Origin: Squalus acanthias | Taxonomy: Eukaryota | NCBI GenBank assembly: GCA_030390025.1 | Contig: CM059432.1 | Location: forward strand, 31,436,001 to 31,500,000 | Direction: 5' to 3' | Length of the DNA: 64,000 bases | Part shown: piece after piece, positions 25,251-36,635 of the stretch | Layout of the letters: each line of letters starts with the position of its first letter | Position numbering within the stretch: the first letter of the stretch is position 1 | Position numbers and translations under genes: made by a program | Notes under the pieces: model-generated | The model's database searches: none | The model's input: the letters and a program-made list of their open reading frames with translations, nothing else | What the model was told of the DNA's origin: nothing

Positions 25251-25997
25251 GAGTGGATTTTGAAGTTTACGACCTGCCCAGAGCGGGGGTGGGGGGTGGT
25301 GGTGGTAGAGTTATAACTGCACAGCGTGCGTGTGACTTCAGGGGCAGGTTCCCCGCCCTGATTGACAGGCTGGCTTCCAGTCAGGCAGGGAACGCTGGAG
25401 AGGAGGCCGCAACCAATAGGTAGGTGTGGGGTTCAATTGGGGGTGATTGGGGGGGGCGTATTCTGAGCCCGGGGGGATGCAGTTCTGAGCCCAGGGGGGG
25501 TTCCAAGCCCGGGAAGCGCTTCGATCCCCAGGGAGGTCCGATCCCCAAACCCAGGGATGAGTTCGATCCGGATCCCGGGAGTCCGAACCCCGGGCAGGGG
25601 GGGTTTGATCCCAACCCCGGGGAGGGGCAGGCTGCTGGTGGGTGAGCTTGGGGAGGCCGGGAGGAAGCACTCCCGCTCCTCCCGGCCCACAAGGATTGCT
25701 CCCCAAGGATGTGCTCGCCTCGCTGCAGCTACCGGGAATCCCGAGGCCCTGGATACCGGGCCGGCCGCAGTAAAACCTGCACAGCACGTTAAAGCAGAGG
25801 CTTCAGGGCCTTATTATCATATTTAAAATGCCAACCCGCCTCCTGGCAGTGGGTTGGCTGCCCGCCCCCCCCATCCCGCATGAGTAAAAGTTGAAAGTGG
25901 GTGGATTGGGGTCAGGATATAGATTTTTTAAATTTTAACTTCCCCCCCCACCCCCCCCGCCTGCAACCCACCCATTTTTTCATGTTATAATTCTCCC
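25251..25997. mobile_element. Harbinger-type MITE with internal G-rich tandem repeats
   Basis: Interrupts CR1 with TAT on both sides. Degenerate termini GAGTGGATTTT and TTATAATTCTCCC. Confidence 0.7.
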
Positions 25998-26737
25998 TAT
26001 ATCTTTAGCAATCTAGGGAGTGCTAGCTTTGGATGCCCTTTCTTTCCCCCTCATGGGAATGTGTCTACTCTGTACCCGAACCATCTCCTCATTTACTGTT
26101 TTACCTCCCAATCTTTGATTCCAATCCACCTGGGCCAGATCCTTTTTCAACTCACTGAAGTTAGCCCTCTTCCAGTTGAGTATTTTCACATTTGATTGTT
26201 CCTTGCCATTTTCCATAACTACTCTAAACCTAATGATATTGTGGCCACTGTTTCCTAAATGAACAATTCAGAAATTTCTCTCCCTCTTTGCCCTTTACAC
26301 TGCTATTTACCCAGTCTATATCAGGATAATTGAAGTCCTCTATTTGTTCCTGTATCTCCTTCCGTCTATTTTGTGGCCTATAGTATACACCCAGCAGCAT
26401 AATAGATCCGCTATTGTTCCTTAATTCTAACCAAATAGATTCTGTCTTTGAACCCTCAAGTACATCATCCCTTTCCAGTACTACAATAGGTTCTTTGATC
26501 AATAGTATCACCCCCTTGCTTTTTCCTGAATACATTGTAGTCAGGAATATTAAGTGCCCATTCCTCTCCTTGGTGGAGTCTGGTCTCTGTTATTGCTACT
26601 ATATCATAATCTCATGTGGATACTTGAGCCTGCAGCTCAGCAACCTTATTTACCACGCTCCAGGTATTTATGCACATGCACTCCAAATCCTTCTTGGTCT
26701 GCCTCGTCTGATCCCTCCTATTTTTGAAATGCTTTTG

Positions 26738-27460
26738 ACTGTTCGTAACCTTGGTATCGTATTTGACCCCAAGATGAGATTCTGAAACATAGCCATCATT
26801 AAGCATCACTAAGACCGCCTATTTCTACCTCCGGAACATCACACGACTCCGCCCCTGCCTCAGCTCGTCTGCTGCTGAAACCCTCATCCATGACTTAATT
26901 ACCTCCAGACTTGACTATTCCAACGCACTCCTGGCCGGCCTCCCACGTTCTACCCTACGTAAACTTGAGGTCATCCATAACTCTGCTGCCCGTGTCCTAA
27001 CTCACATCAAGTCCCGTTCGCCCATCACCCCTGTGCTCGCTGACCTACATTGGCTCCCAATTAAGCAACAACTCAATTTCAAAATTCTCATCCTTGTTTT
27101 CAAATCACTCCATGGCTTCGCCCCTCCCTATCTCTGTAATCTCCTCCAGCCCCACAACCCTCCGAGATATCTGCGCTCCTCTAATTCTGGTCTCTTGAGC
27201 ATTCCCTAATCGCTTTTAATCGCTCCACCATTGGTGGCCTTGCCTTCAGCTGCCTAGGCCCTAAGCTCTGGAATTCGCTCCCTAAACCTCTCCACCTCTC
27301 TACCTCTCTACCTCTCTTTCCTCCTTTAAGACACTCCTTAAAACCTACCTCTTTGATCAAGCTTTTGGTCATCTGCCCTAATATCTCCTTATGTGGCTCG
27401 GTGTCAAATTTTGTTTTATAACACCCCGTGAGGCGCCTTGGGATGTTTTACTATGTTAAA
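26738..27460 (+). mobile_element. L2 LINE 3' fragment
   Basis: [43 protein letters not shown], and the L2 tail GGCGCCTTGGGATGTTTTACTATGTTAAAGG. Confidence 0.9.
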
Positions 27461-27960
27461 GGCAAATGTAACTCCACTATTTAAGAAAGGAGGGAGAGAG
27501 AAAATGGGGAAATACAGACCAGTTAGCCTGACATCAGTAGTAGGGAAAATGCTAGAATCTATTATTAAGGACGTGGTAACAGGGCACTTAGAAAATAATA
27601 ATAGGATTGGGCAGAGTCAACACGGCTTTATGAAAGGGAAATCGTGTTTGACAAATCTATTAGAGTTTTTTGTGGTTGTAACTAGCAGAATAGATAAGGG
27701 GGAACCAGTGGATGTGGTGTATTTGGATTTTCAGAAGGCATTCGATAAGGTGCCACACAAGAGGTTATTAAACAAAATTAGGACTCATGGGATTGGGGGT
27801 AATATACTAGCATGGATTGAGGATTGGTTAACGGACAGAAAACAGAGAGTAGGAATAAACGGGTCATTTTCAGGTTGGCAGGCTGTAACTAGTGGGGAAC
27901 CACAAGGATCAGAATCTGTTATTATCCTTAATAGATTCTGGCATTTTCCCTACTACTGAT

Positions 27961-28272
27961 CACAGAATCACAGAATCACCACAGTGCAGATAGAGGCCAT
28001 TTCGGCCCATCGAGCCTGCACCGACACATATTCCACCCTATCCCTGTAACCCCACGTATTTAATCCCCCTAACACTAAGGGTCAATTTATCATAGCCAAA
28101 TCAACCTAACCCGCACATCTTTGGACTGTGGGAGGAAACCGGAGCACCCAGAGGAAACCCACGCAGACACGGGGAGAATGTGCAAACTCCACACAGACAG
28201 TCACCCGAGGCCGGATTCAAACCCGGGTCCCTGGCGCTGTGAGGCAACAGTGCTAACCACTATGCCACCGTG
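27961..28272 (-). mobile_element. V-SINE (HE1-like)
   Basis: Near-identical reverse complement of 39948-40313. Confidence 0.9.
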
Positions 28273-28789
28273 TTCCCCATTTTCTCTCTTCCTCCTTTCT
28301 TAAATAGTGGGGTTACATTTCCCTTTAACATAGTAAAATATCCCAAGGCTGCCTCAGCTATTCACAATCTATATCAATGATTTAGATGAGGGGACCAAAT
28401 GTAATATATCCAAGTTTGCTGATGATACAAAGCTGGGTGGGAATGTAAGTTGTGAGGAGGATGCAAGGAGGCTTCAAGGGGATATAGACAGGCTAAGTGA
28501 GTGGGCAAGAACACGGCAAATGGAATATAATGTGGAGAAATGTGAAGTTATCCACTTTGGTAGGAAAAATAGAAAAGCAGAGTAATTTTTAAATGATGAG
28601 AGATTGGAAAATGTTGGTGTTCAGAGGGACCTGGTTGTCCTTGTACACGAATCACTGAAAGTTAACATGCAGGTACAGCAAGCAATTAGGAAAGCAAATG
28701 GTATGTTGGCCTTTATTACAAGAGGATTTGAGTATAAGAGCAAAGACGTCTTACTGCAATTATATAGGTCCTTGGCGAGACCACACCTG

Positions 28790-29524
28790 GGGGGTGATTT
28801 TGCCAATGGGGAGCTTTTGGAGGCGGGACTCCCACTTGTTGGGTTTCAGTCCCGCCTCCAACAACTTCTGGCCAACCCACGCTATTTTCTCTTGATTGAC
28901 CTTGTTAAGCCCACCCAGCGGGCTTAGCAGGCCAATTAAGGGAAAGCCGGTTGCAGAGAACGTCAACGTATGACATTTCATCTGTCAAAAATTTTTGACA
29001 GATGAATTGTCATCGTTTGACAGCTCTGTGAAACTGTCAAACAGTCACATTCTCTATAGTTTGATGAGGTTTTTCAGAAATGAGATGGTTGTTGCATCTG
29101 AGAATGCAACAGCCATCTGTCATTTCCAAGCGGAGGTGCGAGACTCTCCGCATACACACCGACTGAAGCCTGCAGGAAGAAACAAAGGTAAGTACACTTT
29201 TAATAACACTTTGCATTTACCTCAGATACTCACCTCTACACTCTTGCACCCGTCACTTACCTTCATAGCGCACTTTTGCACCCACCCGACCCCCGCAGAC
29301 CCACTGCTCACCTCGCTGACCTGGCGGGTTTCAGAGCCTTCGGGAAGCCCGCACTTGTGAGGGCAAAAAGGGGATAATCCTATTTTCTGCCTGTTAACTA
29401 CCTGTTAACAGGCCTCCTGGGAAGATGGCATGGAGGCGGGTTGGGCACCCGCCCCCAAATTCTGCCACTTTCCCGGCAGTCCCGTCTCCATACCCGCCTC
29501 CCCAGGGCTGGCAAGATCGCTCCC
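28790..29524. mobile_element. Harbinger-type MITE
   Basis: TIRs GGGGGTGATTTTGCCA and TGGCAAGATCGCTCCC (13/16 match) with TSD CTG. It splits the CR1 codons RPHL|EYC. Confidence 0.85.
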
Positions 29525-30099
29525 CTGGAGTATTGTGTACAGTTTTTGTCTCCTTACCTAAGGAAGGATATACTTGCCATAGAGGGAGTTCAATGAAGGT
29601 TCACTAGACTGGTTCCTGGGGTGGGAGGATTGTTCTATGAGGAGAGATTGAGTAGAATAGGCCTATATTCTCTAGAGTTTAGAAGAATGAGAGGTGATCT
29701 CATTGAAACATACAAAATTCTTACAGGGCTTGACAGGGTAGATGCAGGGAGGATGTTTCTCCTGGCTGGGGAGTCTAGAACCAGGGGTCACAGTCTCAGA
29801 ATAAGGGGTTGGCCAATTAGGACTGAGATGAGGAGAAATTTCTTCACTCAGAGGGTGGTGAATCTTTGGAATTCTCTACCCCAGAGGACTGTGGAGGCTT
29901 AGTCGTTGAGTATATTCAAGACAGAATCGATAAATTTTTGAATATTAAGGGAATCAAGGGATATGGGGATCGTGCAGGAAAGTGGAGATGAGGTAAAAGA
30001 TCAGCCATGATCTTATTGAATGGCGGAGCAGGCTCGGAGGGCCAAATGGCCTACTCCTTATCCTATTTCTTATGTTCTTATATAAATACAAGTTGTTGT

Positions 30100-31060
30100 T
30101 GTTGTTGTTGTACTATGTTCATCTCGCCTAGTCCTCTGTGCACCTTGTTTCTCCTCTCTAATGCTTCATCCTAGTGCCCCTCCCCTACCAAATTAGTTTA
30201 AACCCTCCCCCACAGTACTAGTTAACCTCCCTGTGAGAATATTGGTCCCAGCCCTATGGAGGTGCAACCCATCCACCTTGTACAGGTCCCTCCTGCCCCA
30301 GAAATGGTCCCAATGCCCCAGGAATCTGAAGCCTCCCTCCTGCACCATTTCTCCAGCCAGGCATTAACCTGTCTAATTTGACTGTTTTTATACTCACCAG
30401 CACGTGGCACTGGGAGTAATCCAGAGATTACTACCTTTGCTGTCCTACTCTTTAACTTCCTCCCTAGCTCCTGAAACTCTGTCTGTAGGATCTCAACCCT
30501 TTTCCTACCAATGTCATTGGTTCCCCTTCCCCCCACAAAATGTTCCGCACCCTCTCAGTGATTTATTTATCCTGGCACTAGGGAAGCAACACACCATGTG
30601 AGACTCATGTTGGCAGTTGCAGAAACGCCTGTCTATCACCCAACTATGGAATCCCCGATGACAACTGCATTTCCATACTTTGCTGTGCCCCCCTGTGCAG
30701 TTATTTGCCCCACCGTGGCGTGGATGTGCTCTGGACTGGACTCCCAAAGTGTCATCATAGTCACCGGTATTCAGCACTGAGTGCCACACTCCTGGAGGAT
30801 TTCTGCACTGCCTGCCTCTTTCTACCCTACCAGATGGCCACCCATTAATATCCTGAACTCTCTGTTGGTGCAGCGTGACCGCCTCCTGAAACATGCGATC
30901 CAGGAAATTCTCAGCCTGCCATATGACCTGCAGTGACTTCAGCCACTCCTCAAGCCGAGAAACCCTGAGCTTGAGCTCGACCAGTTGGAGGCACTTCCTG
31001 CACACATGGTTATCCAGGACACATGAAACGTCCTGGAGTTCCCACATGGCACAGAAATTG
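30100..31060 (-). mobile_element. CR1 ORF1 fragment (zinc finger/leucine zipper plus SGNH esterase)
   Basis: MWELQ..HVCRKCLQLVELKLRVSRLE and GTNDIGRK..KVVISGLLPVPRA..VNAWLEKWCRRE. Confidence 0.88.
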
Positions 31061-31069
31061 TAGCAACGG

Positions 31070-31620
31070 GTCTCAGTTGTATGTTAATTGAACGGAACCC
31101 TTTTCTATTCATAAATGCCATAGGATTGGTGAAAGGAGCCAGTATGGCCACATGGGTTTCATAAATGAGGCCCGCACTCTTGGGAATCCCATGCAAACAA
31201 GACATCAGTGACTTGAGATATACAGCTGTGCACTCAGACTGATTGAGCTGGCAGATGTCTCTTGAGGCTGTTTGAAAGGAATCAGTTGCAGAGAAGTTCC
31301 AGGCAATAGTGACTGACACTGCCACAGGCAGAGCCATCCCAGTTGTGGATGAATTTTGTAACGGTCGGTCTACAGGAGACAGCAAAGCATGTGGTGAACA
31401 CAGGTCTCCTCAGATATGCTCAAGTAACTGTTGCGGAGTCTGTACCCCTTGCCTGCTTAGGTAAGAGTGGGTTGGGTCTGAGCACCTCCAATACAGGTGC
31501 ACCTGCCCCTGCTAACACATCCTCCTCTTCTAGCTCTTTGAGGGCAAAACTAATTCCCAAAAGAATACTCAAATTACCAGTGGAAGGCGTTACAATAAAC
31601 AGAGAAACTCCTTTGAATGG
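31070..31620 (-). pseudogene. Old Harbinger transposase fossil, N-terminal half
   Basis: ALPVAVSVTIAWNFSATDSFQ..DICQLNQS and GIPKSAGLIYETHVAI..FMNRKGFRSINIQL, a decayed GAIDCTHV..NRKG motif. Confidence 0.75.
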
Positions 31621-32786
31621 CAGGGTGAAAAAAAAACAAAGAAAGTGAAAGAAAATGTAAAACGAAAAATTAAAATGTTAGATTAACATTCCAAATGCAA
31701 AATTAAAACAATAGATTTAACCATATATGAAAAATGCAAACCAAAATTCCATTAAAAAGTACTTCTCTGAAAACTGGGAGACATACACCGTTAATAACCT
31801 CCATTCTGAAAGCCACAAAATGACTTTCGAAGGTCGTCATGTTTATACTGTTGCTCAACGATTACCTTGCATTTCAGGGGTGAAGCACCTGTCACTATGT
31901 AATAATACATTGGGGTAGTTTGTGACTTTTTGCGATAGTGTAAAATGAGGAATAGCGAACCAGCAGCCCATTTTAAATCTCTCCCAATTTTTATTACTGT
32001 TGACTTGGGAGAGGAAGGGGGCGGGGAGAATGGCACTACACAAGGGGCATACAGGATTATGGCGAATAGTACTAGGGTAGGAGTAAGAGGCTTTATACTT
32101 GATCATGACATAAACCACATCAACCCCCACTCCTCGATTGTGAGGGGTCTCCCCCAATCTGTTTTGTCTCACTGCTGTTATCCCAGCACTGAGCTGAGAA
32201 ACCAGTAGTAGTTCCTTTTGGGCACTTAAAGTGTTTATACTGTACCAATAGAGTGTAAGTGCTTTAAAAAACCTAAAAGTGCTCAGATATAGGCTTTTAC
32301 CTTTTTCAAACTCCACATTTGAGTTGTTGGGTAAATGTACATGACACAGTGGGATCAACAAGTGGGGCCTCTTTGGCAGTCGGAGAGTAGGGCATAGGTG
32401 TACGTGTGGGTGGTTTGATGGGATGGAGGGAGGATGATGCAGGTGACAGAGAGAAGAGGGAGCGGGAAGGATGTTACAATGCGAGGTAAGATACAGGGTA
32501 TGGGCCACCAGTGGCCAGGGATAATAGGGAAAGAATCTAATGCTCACTGTGGTCCAAAACATTGTTTGGATAGAACATTGTGTGCTCTGACTTGCCGGAA
32601 GCAAACCCCACAGGCAACTAACCAATATTTTATTAATTAGAAGACTTTTGAACTGGTGGGAAAATCAATGGAACAGTTACGAAACATCTTGCAGTTTTCA
32701 CAAGGATAGTTCAAAAGCCTTCCAGTTGTATCACATTGCAGATTTTTTTTTTCCGAAGGTCGTTTTATTTTATAGACATCAACTTT

Positions 32787-33455
32787 AGGAAGCAATTAGG
32801 AAGGCAAATGGTATGTTAGCCTTTATTGCAAGGGGGTTGCAGTATAAAAGTAAGAAAGTCTTGCTGCAATTATATAGGGCCTGGGTGAGACCACACCTGG
32901 AGTACTGTGCACAGTTTTGGTCTCCTTACCTAAGGAAGGATATACTTGCCTTAGAGTGGGTGCAACATAAGTTCACTAGATTGATTCCTGGGATGAAAGG
33001 ACTGTCCTATGAGGAGAGATTGAGTAGACTAGGCCTATTTTCTCAGGAGTTTAGAAGAATGAGAGGTGATTTCATTGAAACATATAAAATTCTTAGAGGG
33101 CTTAACAGGGTAGATCCTGAGAGGCTGTTTCCCCTGGCTGGAGAATCTAGAACTATGGGTCATAGTCTCAGGATAAGGGGTTGGCCATTTAGAACAGAGA
33201 TGAGGAGAAATTTCTTCACTCAGAGGATTGTGCATCTTTGGAATTCTGTACACCAGAGGGCTGCGGATGCTCAGTCGTTGAGTATATTCAACACTGAGAT
33301 CGATAGATTTTTGGGCACTAAGGAATCAAGGGTTATGGGGATAGGGCTGGAATGTGGAGTTGAGGTCGAAGTTCAGCCATGATCTTATTGAATGGCGGAG
33401 CAGGCTCAAGGGGCCAAATGGCCTACTCATGCTCCTATTTCTTACTTCTTATGTA
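32787..33455 (+). mobile_element. CR1 3' fragment
   Basis: ORF 32813-33382 (MLAFIARG..RPHLEYCAQFWSPYLRKD) plus the CR1 tail. Confidence 0.92.
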
Positions 33456-33869
33456 AAATCACCTCTCCTTAAACCTTTGTAGCAAAACAAATGGATGTGT
33501 GACTGGGACACAGGTCTCCGTGAGGGGAGCTTCCTGTTTGATTTTCCACTACGTCATTCAGCAGAGATCTATTTCAAATCAATTAAAAATAGGATCAGCT
33601 GCACAAGGCTGATACTGAGTTCACTCTGGCATAATTCTAACTGTTTAAATGGAAACTGTTTCTCTACTGATTGCGAAATATTGACAATGCATTTTCATCT
33701 TGCGATATTTTGAGACGTTTTGTATTGTGCGCAGTTGTACCCAATTTTTATTTCCTTTTCTGTCCTACTCTTATGAAGACACTGATGCTGGGGTTCAGTT
33801 CCACCAGTAGGAGCCCTCTTGTACCTCACTCAAGTAGCCATGAAGTAGAATTTTGTCTGGGCCCGCTTT

Positions 33870-34030
33870 TGGGCAGGCCTATATATGACTCCAGTCCCAG
33901 AGTGTCGTGATTGACTCTTAATTGTCCTCTGAAGTGGTCAATCAAGCAACTCAGTTGTATCGCAAGCAGAGGTGGGCAATAAATGGTGACTTGTCAGTGA
34001 TGGCCACATCCTGAGAATGAATTTTTAAAA
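33870..34030 (+). mobile_element. SINE-like derivative joining the family B 5' core to the family B 3' tail
   Basis: GGCCTATATATGACTCCAG..TTGACTCTTAA..CTCAGTTGTA (compare 16441-16506) followed directly by GGGCAATAAATG..CCACATCC (compare 20860-20900). Confidence 0.7.
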
Positions 34031-34351
34031 ACTCATTCAAGCTCACTCTTTTGTATGGCTGAGAGGAAAAGAGGAACGTTTAGCAGAAGACTGACCATAA
34101 TGGGATGGGCAAGAAAAACAGAGGTTGGAGGCTAGGGATGGGAGAAGGATTGCATATCAGTTGACCAGCTTTAATTGATGTTACTATGGTCATCCTTCTC
34201 CTCATCCCATTGAAAGCAAGATTCTTACTGTACTTTACCATTTCCCAGGACCTTCTGTTGTTTTCCCTTTCTCCTAAAAACTATAGGCTTCAAAAACATA
34301 AATTTGGCATCGCCTAATTACCACTTCATATTTCACTGCACTGCTATGAGA

Positions 34352-34935
34352 ATCATGGCAGAAGTGCTGAAAGCAACACCAACATCTGGTTCCTAGTCTT
34401 CGCACATATCTTGCCACCGCCTCTCAGAAGAGAAGCAGCAAAAATCAAAGAATACAATCGGGTCCTAGAAAGCTCTGATCGGTCTATTAATGAAGATCTC
34501 CAGAAGCTCCTGAGAAGCCTCCTTAAGTCCAGGAACCCCCCTCCTGAGTTAACGGCCAAAACTCTCAACATCTCAGACGTCTCATCTGAAGACAAGTGGC
34601 GGAGGACGTGGAGACCCGCGGGGTAAAATATCAAGACTTGATCATGGATCCTGCGGATCAACCACCCGGCTTCATCACGCCAAGTAAAATATAGGTCACT
34701 GCGAACCCCATCAGAACTTCATATGGGCGCTGCAACCATCTGCTACATAGAAGGAAGGTGAAGGATAGCCAGATATGCGATTGTAGAGAGGCTATCCAAA
34801 CCACGGAGCATCATGTGAACCATTGTTCGCTAAGATCTTTCCCCAGTGGAATAGCTTCTATTCACTCTGTATCACAGACGAGCAACTTAGACGTCAACAT
34901 TTAATGTTTCTTTTCAAGCTGTCATACGAAATAAG
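34352..34935 (+). mobile_element. Vingi/Ingi-type non-LTR 3' fragment
   Basis: LVFAHILPPPLRREAA ... GRCNHLLH..SQICDCREAIQTTEHHVNHCSLRSF (CCHC knuckle), ending CATACGAAATAA. Confidence 0.7.
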
Positions 34936-35046
34936 AGGAATCACTGCGCCTTTTTAACTTCAGTGGTGGCCTGCTCTGTGGTCTTTAGTCCTTCAACTAG
35001 TTTTTCCAATAATATGAAAAATAAAATGATTACAACTTTAACTTGC

Positions 35047-35130
35047 CTCCACTGCACCCGGACATCTACGGGCTCACTCTTGAGCTGTTTCTGATGCAGC
35101 TTCAGCTTGAGCTTTGCCTCAGCTTGGGAA
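35047..35130 (-). CDS. Candidate internal host exon (84 nt, phase 2-2), protein unidentified
   Basis: AAACAG| acceptor with a weak pyrimidine tract and AG|GCAAGT GC-type donor. Only one minus frame is open: SQAEAKLKLKLHQKQLKSEPVDVRVQW. GC-richer than its non-repetitive flanks. Confidence 0.35.
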
Positions 35131-35600
35131 CTGTTTCATTAAACACTCTTCAATTTCAGTACTAATCTATTATATTTGTCGCTTTATCTGCATGTCCTTG
35201 GCCTTGCTGTCAGTCATATCTAAGTGCATATGCCAAGTGCTATAGCATAACGGGTTTGCACTTCCAGCCACGATGGCTCTACAGCTAATGGCTTTTAAAA
35301 ATCTGGACAGAATCCAGCCAATAGTGAAAACTATTTACATAGCTCCCATTTGTAGACTCTCTTGTCAGCAATGTCAGTCTATAAGTCTATCCCTTCGAAT
35401 CTCCAGCTGAAAGCTGAGTTTACTGTGACAATAATCATGATTAAAAAGGGTACTTTGCTTCCCCACCCCCCCCCCTCCAATTTTCTCCTCACCACCTCAG
35501 TGAAGCTGCATACTCTCAATCAGTACAGATTCCCTGTTGCTGTTGCCCTTTTGGTAATCTAGCCCAGTGGCAATTCTTCATGTGTGAACTGAACCATGGT

Positions 35601-36130
35601 GGGGCAGAAATTGGTCATCGTTGTGCCCATTTTCCAGATGAAAAATGGGGGAAAAAGATCAATTTTGCGGGAAAACGTCCAACATCATATTGCCAACAGA
35701 CAATTTTCATGCATCCAGGCAGCCACCTAAAACAGGCATTAGGCCCAATGCATATGCTAATGAGGGGTCTAACACCTGTCTTGGGTCCCCTCTGAGAAAT
35801 TGGGATGCCCCAATCGGGCCTGATACTCCGCTCAGGTTTTTCGGGTATGGATGTGGCCTAGGAATGAGCTGTAACTGAAAAGGTGAGTTAATTTTTTTTT
35901 AAATTCATGTTCAGCCAGAAGGGGCAGAAGTAAAGAACCCCCCTCCTCTCGCTGTCCTGCCCCTCCCCCTGGCACCTATCTAAGGGCCACTGCCACGTGC
36001 TGAAATGGGCATGGAGGTGAACAGGCACCAACAGGTCACCTAAATTATTGGAATGAGGCCCGAGACCCAATTTTGGGCCAGACTCCTGGTTGGTCAGTTT
36101 TCCATGGCTGAGGAATTTTTCCAAGGCTAA
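35601..36130. mobile_element. Degenerate Harbinger-type MITE
   Basis: Starts GGGGCAGAAATTGG like the other Harbinger termini. The right end and TSD are not resolved. Confidence 0.4.
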
Positions 36131-36635
36131 CACTTTATTTATAAACACATCCCTCCAGAGGTCTCTGATGGCCTAGAGGGGGTGGTGCATACTGGCCAGA
36201 AGGTTTCCAATATGGTCCCTAGTCTGTGCTAAGTCAGCTGACCTGAGTTAAGTTGGTAGTTGAAGCACAACACTTGGCCTTGACTAGAAAGGGGAAGAGG
36301 AAAATAAGCCAGTGTTACTGCTTCTGATCACTATCCAGTGAGTCCAGCTGGTATGTGTGCATGAACATTGGAAAAGATGGCAGCAGGCTTGGCAGGGATG
36401 CCCTCTATGACTAAATATCCTGCAAACGCGCACTGTCTAAGCTCACATATGAGAAATAGTCTGGTGCCCAGTGCCTATGGAGCGATTGTAAGAGTGAGCT
36501 CTTTCAGAATAGGAAGAAATAAAATGGGGGGGGGGGGGCGGGGAAGGACGAGGAGCAATTAACTCACAGCACTTATGTTTGGATATGAAGTTTGCACAGA
36601 TAAAAGTTAGCCAGCCTAAGACTTGACGCTCAGGT

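Larger units (their letters stand above)
21897..26720 (-). mobile_element. Long decayed CR1 LINE (APE to 3' tail), broken by three insertions
   Basis: Minus-strand pieces: CINTWSVVNK, ESIWLELRN..GVYYRP, LNWKRANF, TNLIEFFDEV..AFDKLPH, FSLEQRRLRGDLI, and the tail (ATTCTATG)n at ~21900. Confidence 0.88.
27461..30080 (+). mobile_element. CR1 LINE RT region with nested SINE, inverted duplication and MITE
   Basis: ANVTPLFKKG..YLDFQKAFDKVPH..FADDTK..LEFRRMRGDLIETYKI and a CR1 tail at ~30000-30080. Confidence 0.93.

Noticed and set aside
31855..32625. 256-aa minus-strand ORF
   Set aside because: No recognisable motifs and low-complexity composition, so probably a chance frame in decayed repeat DNA.
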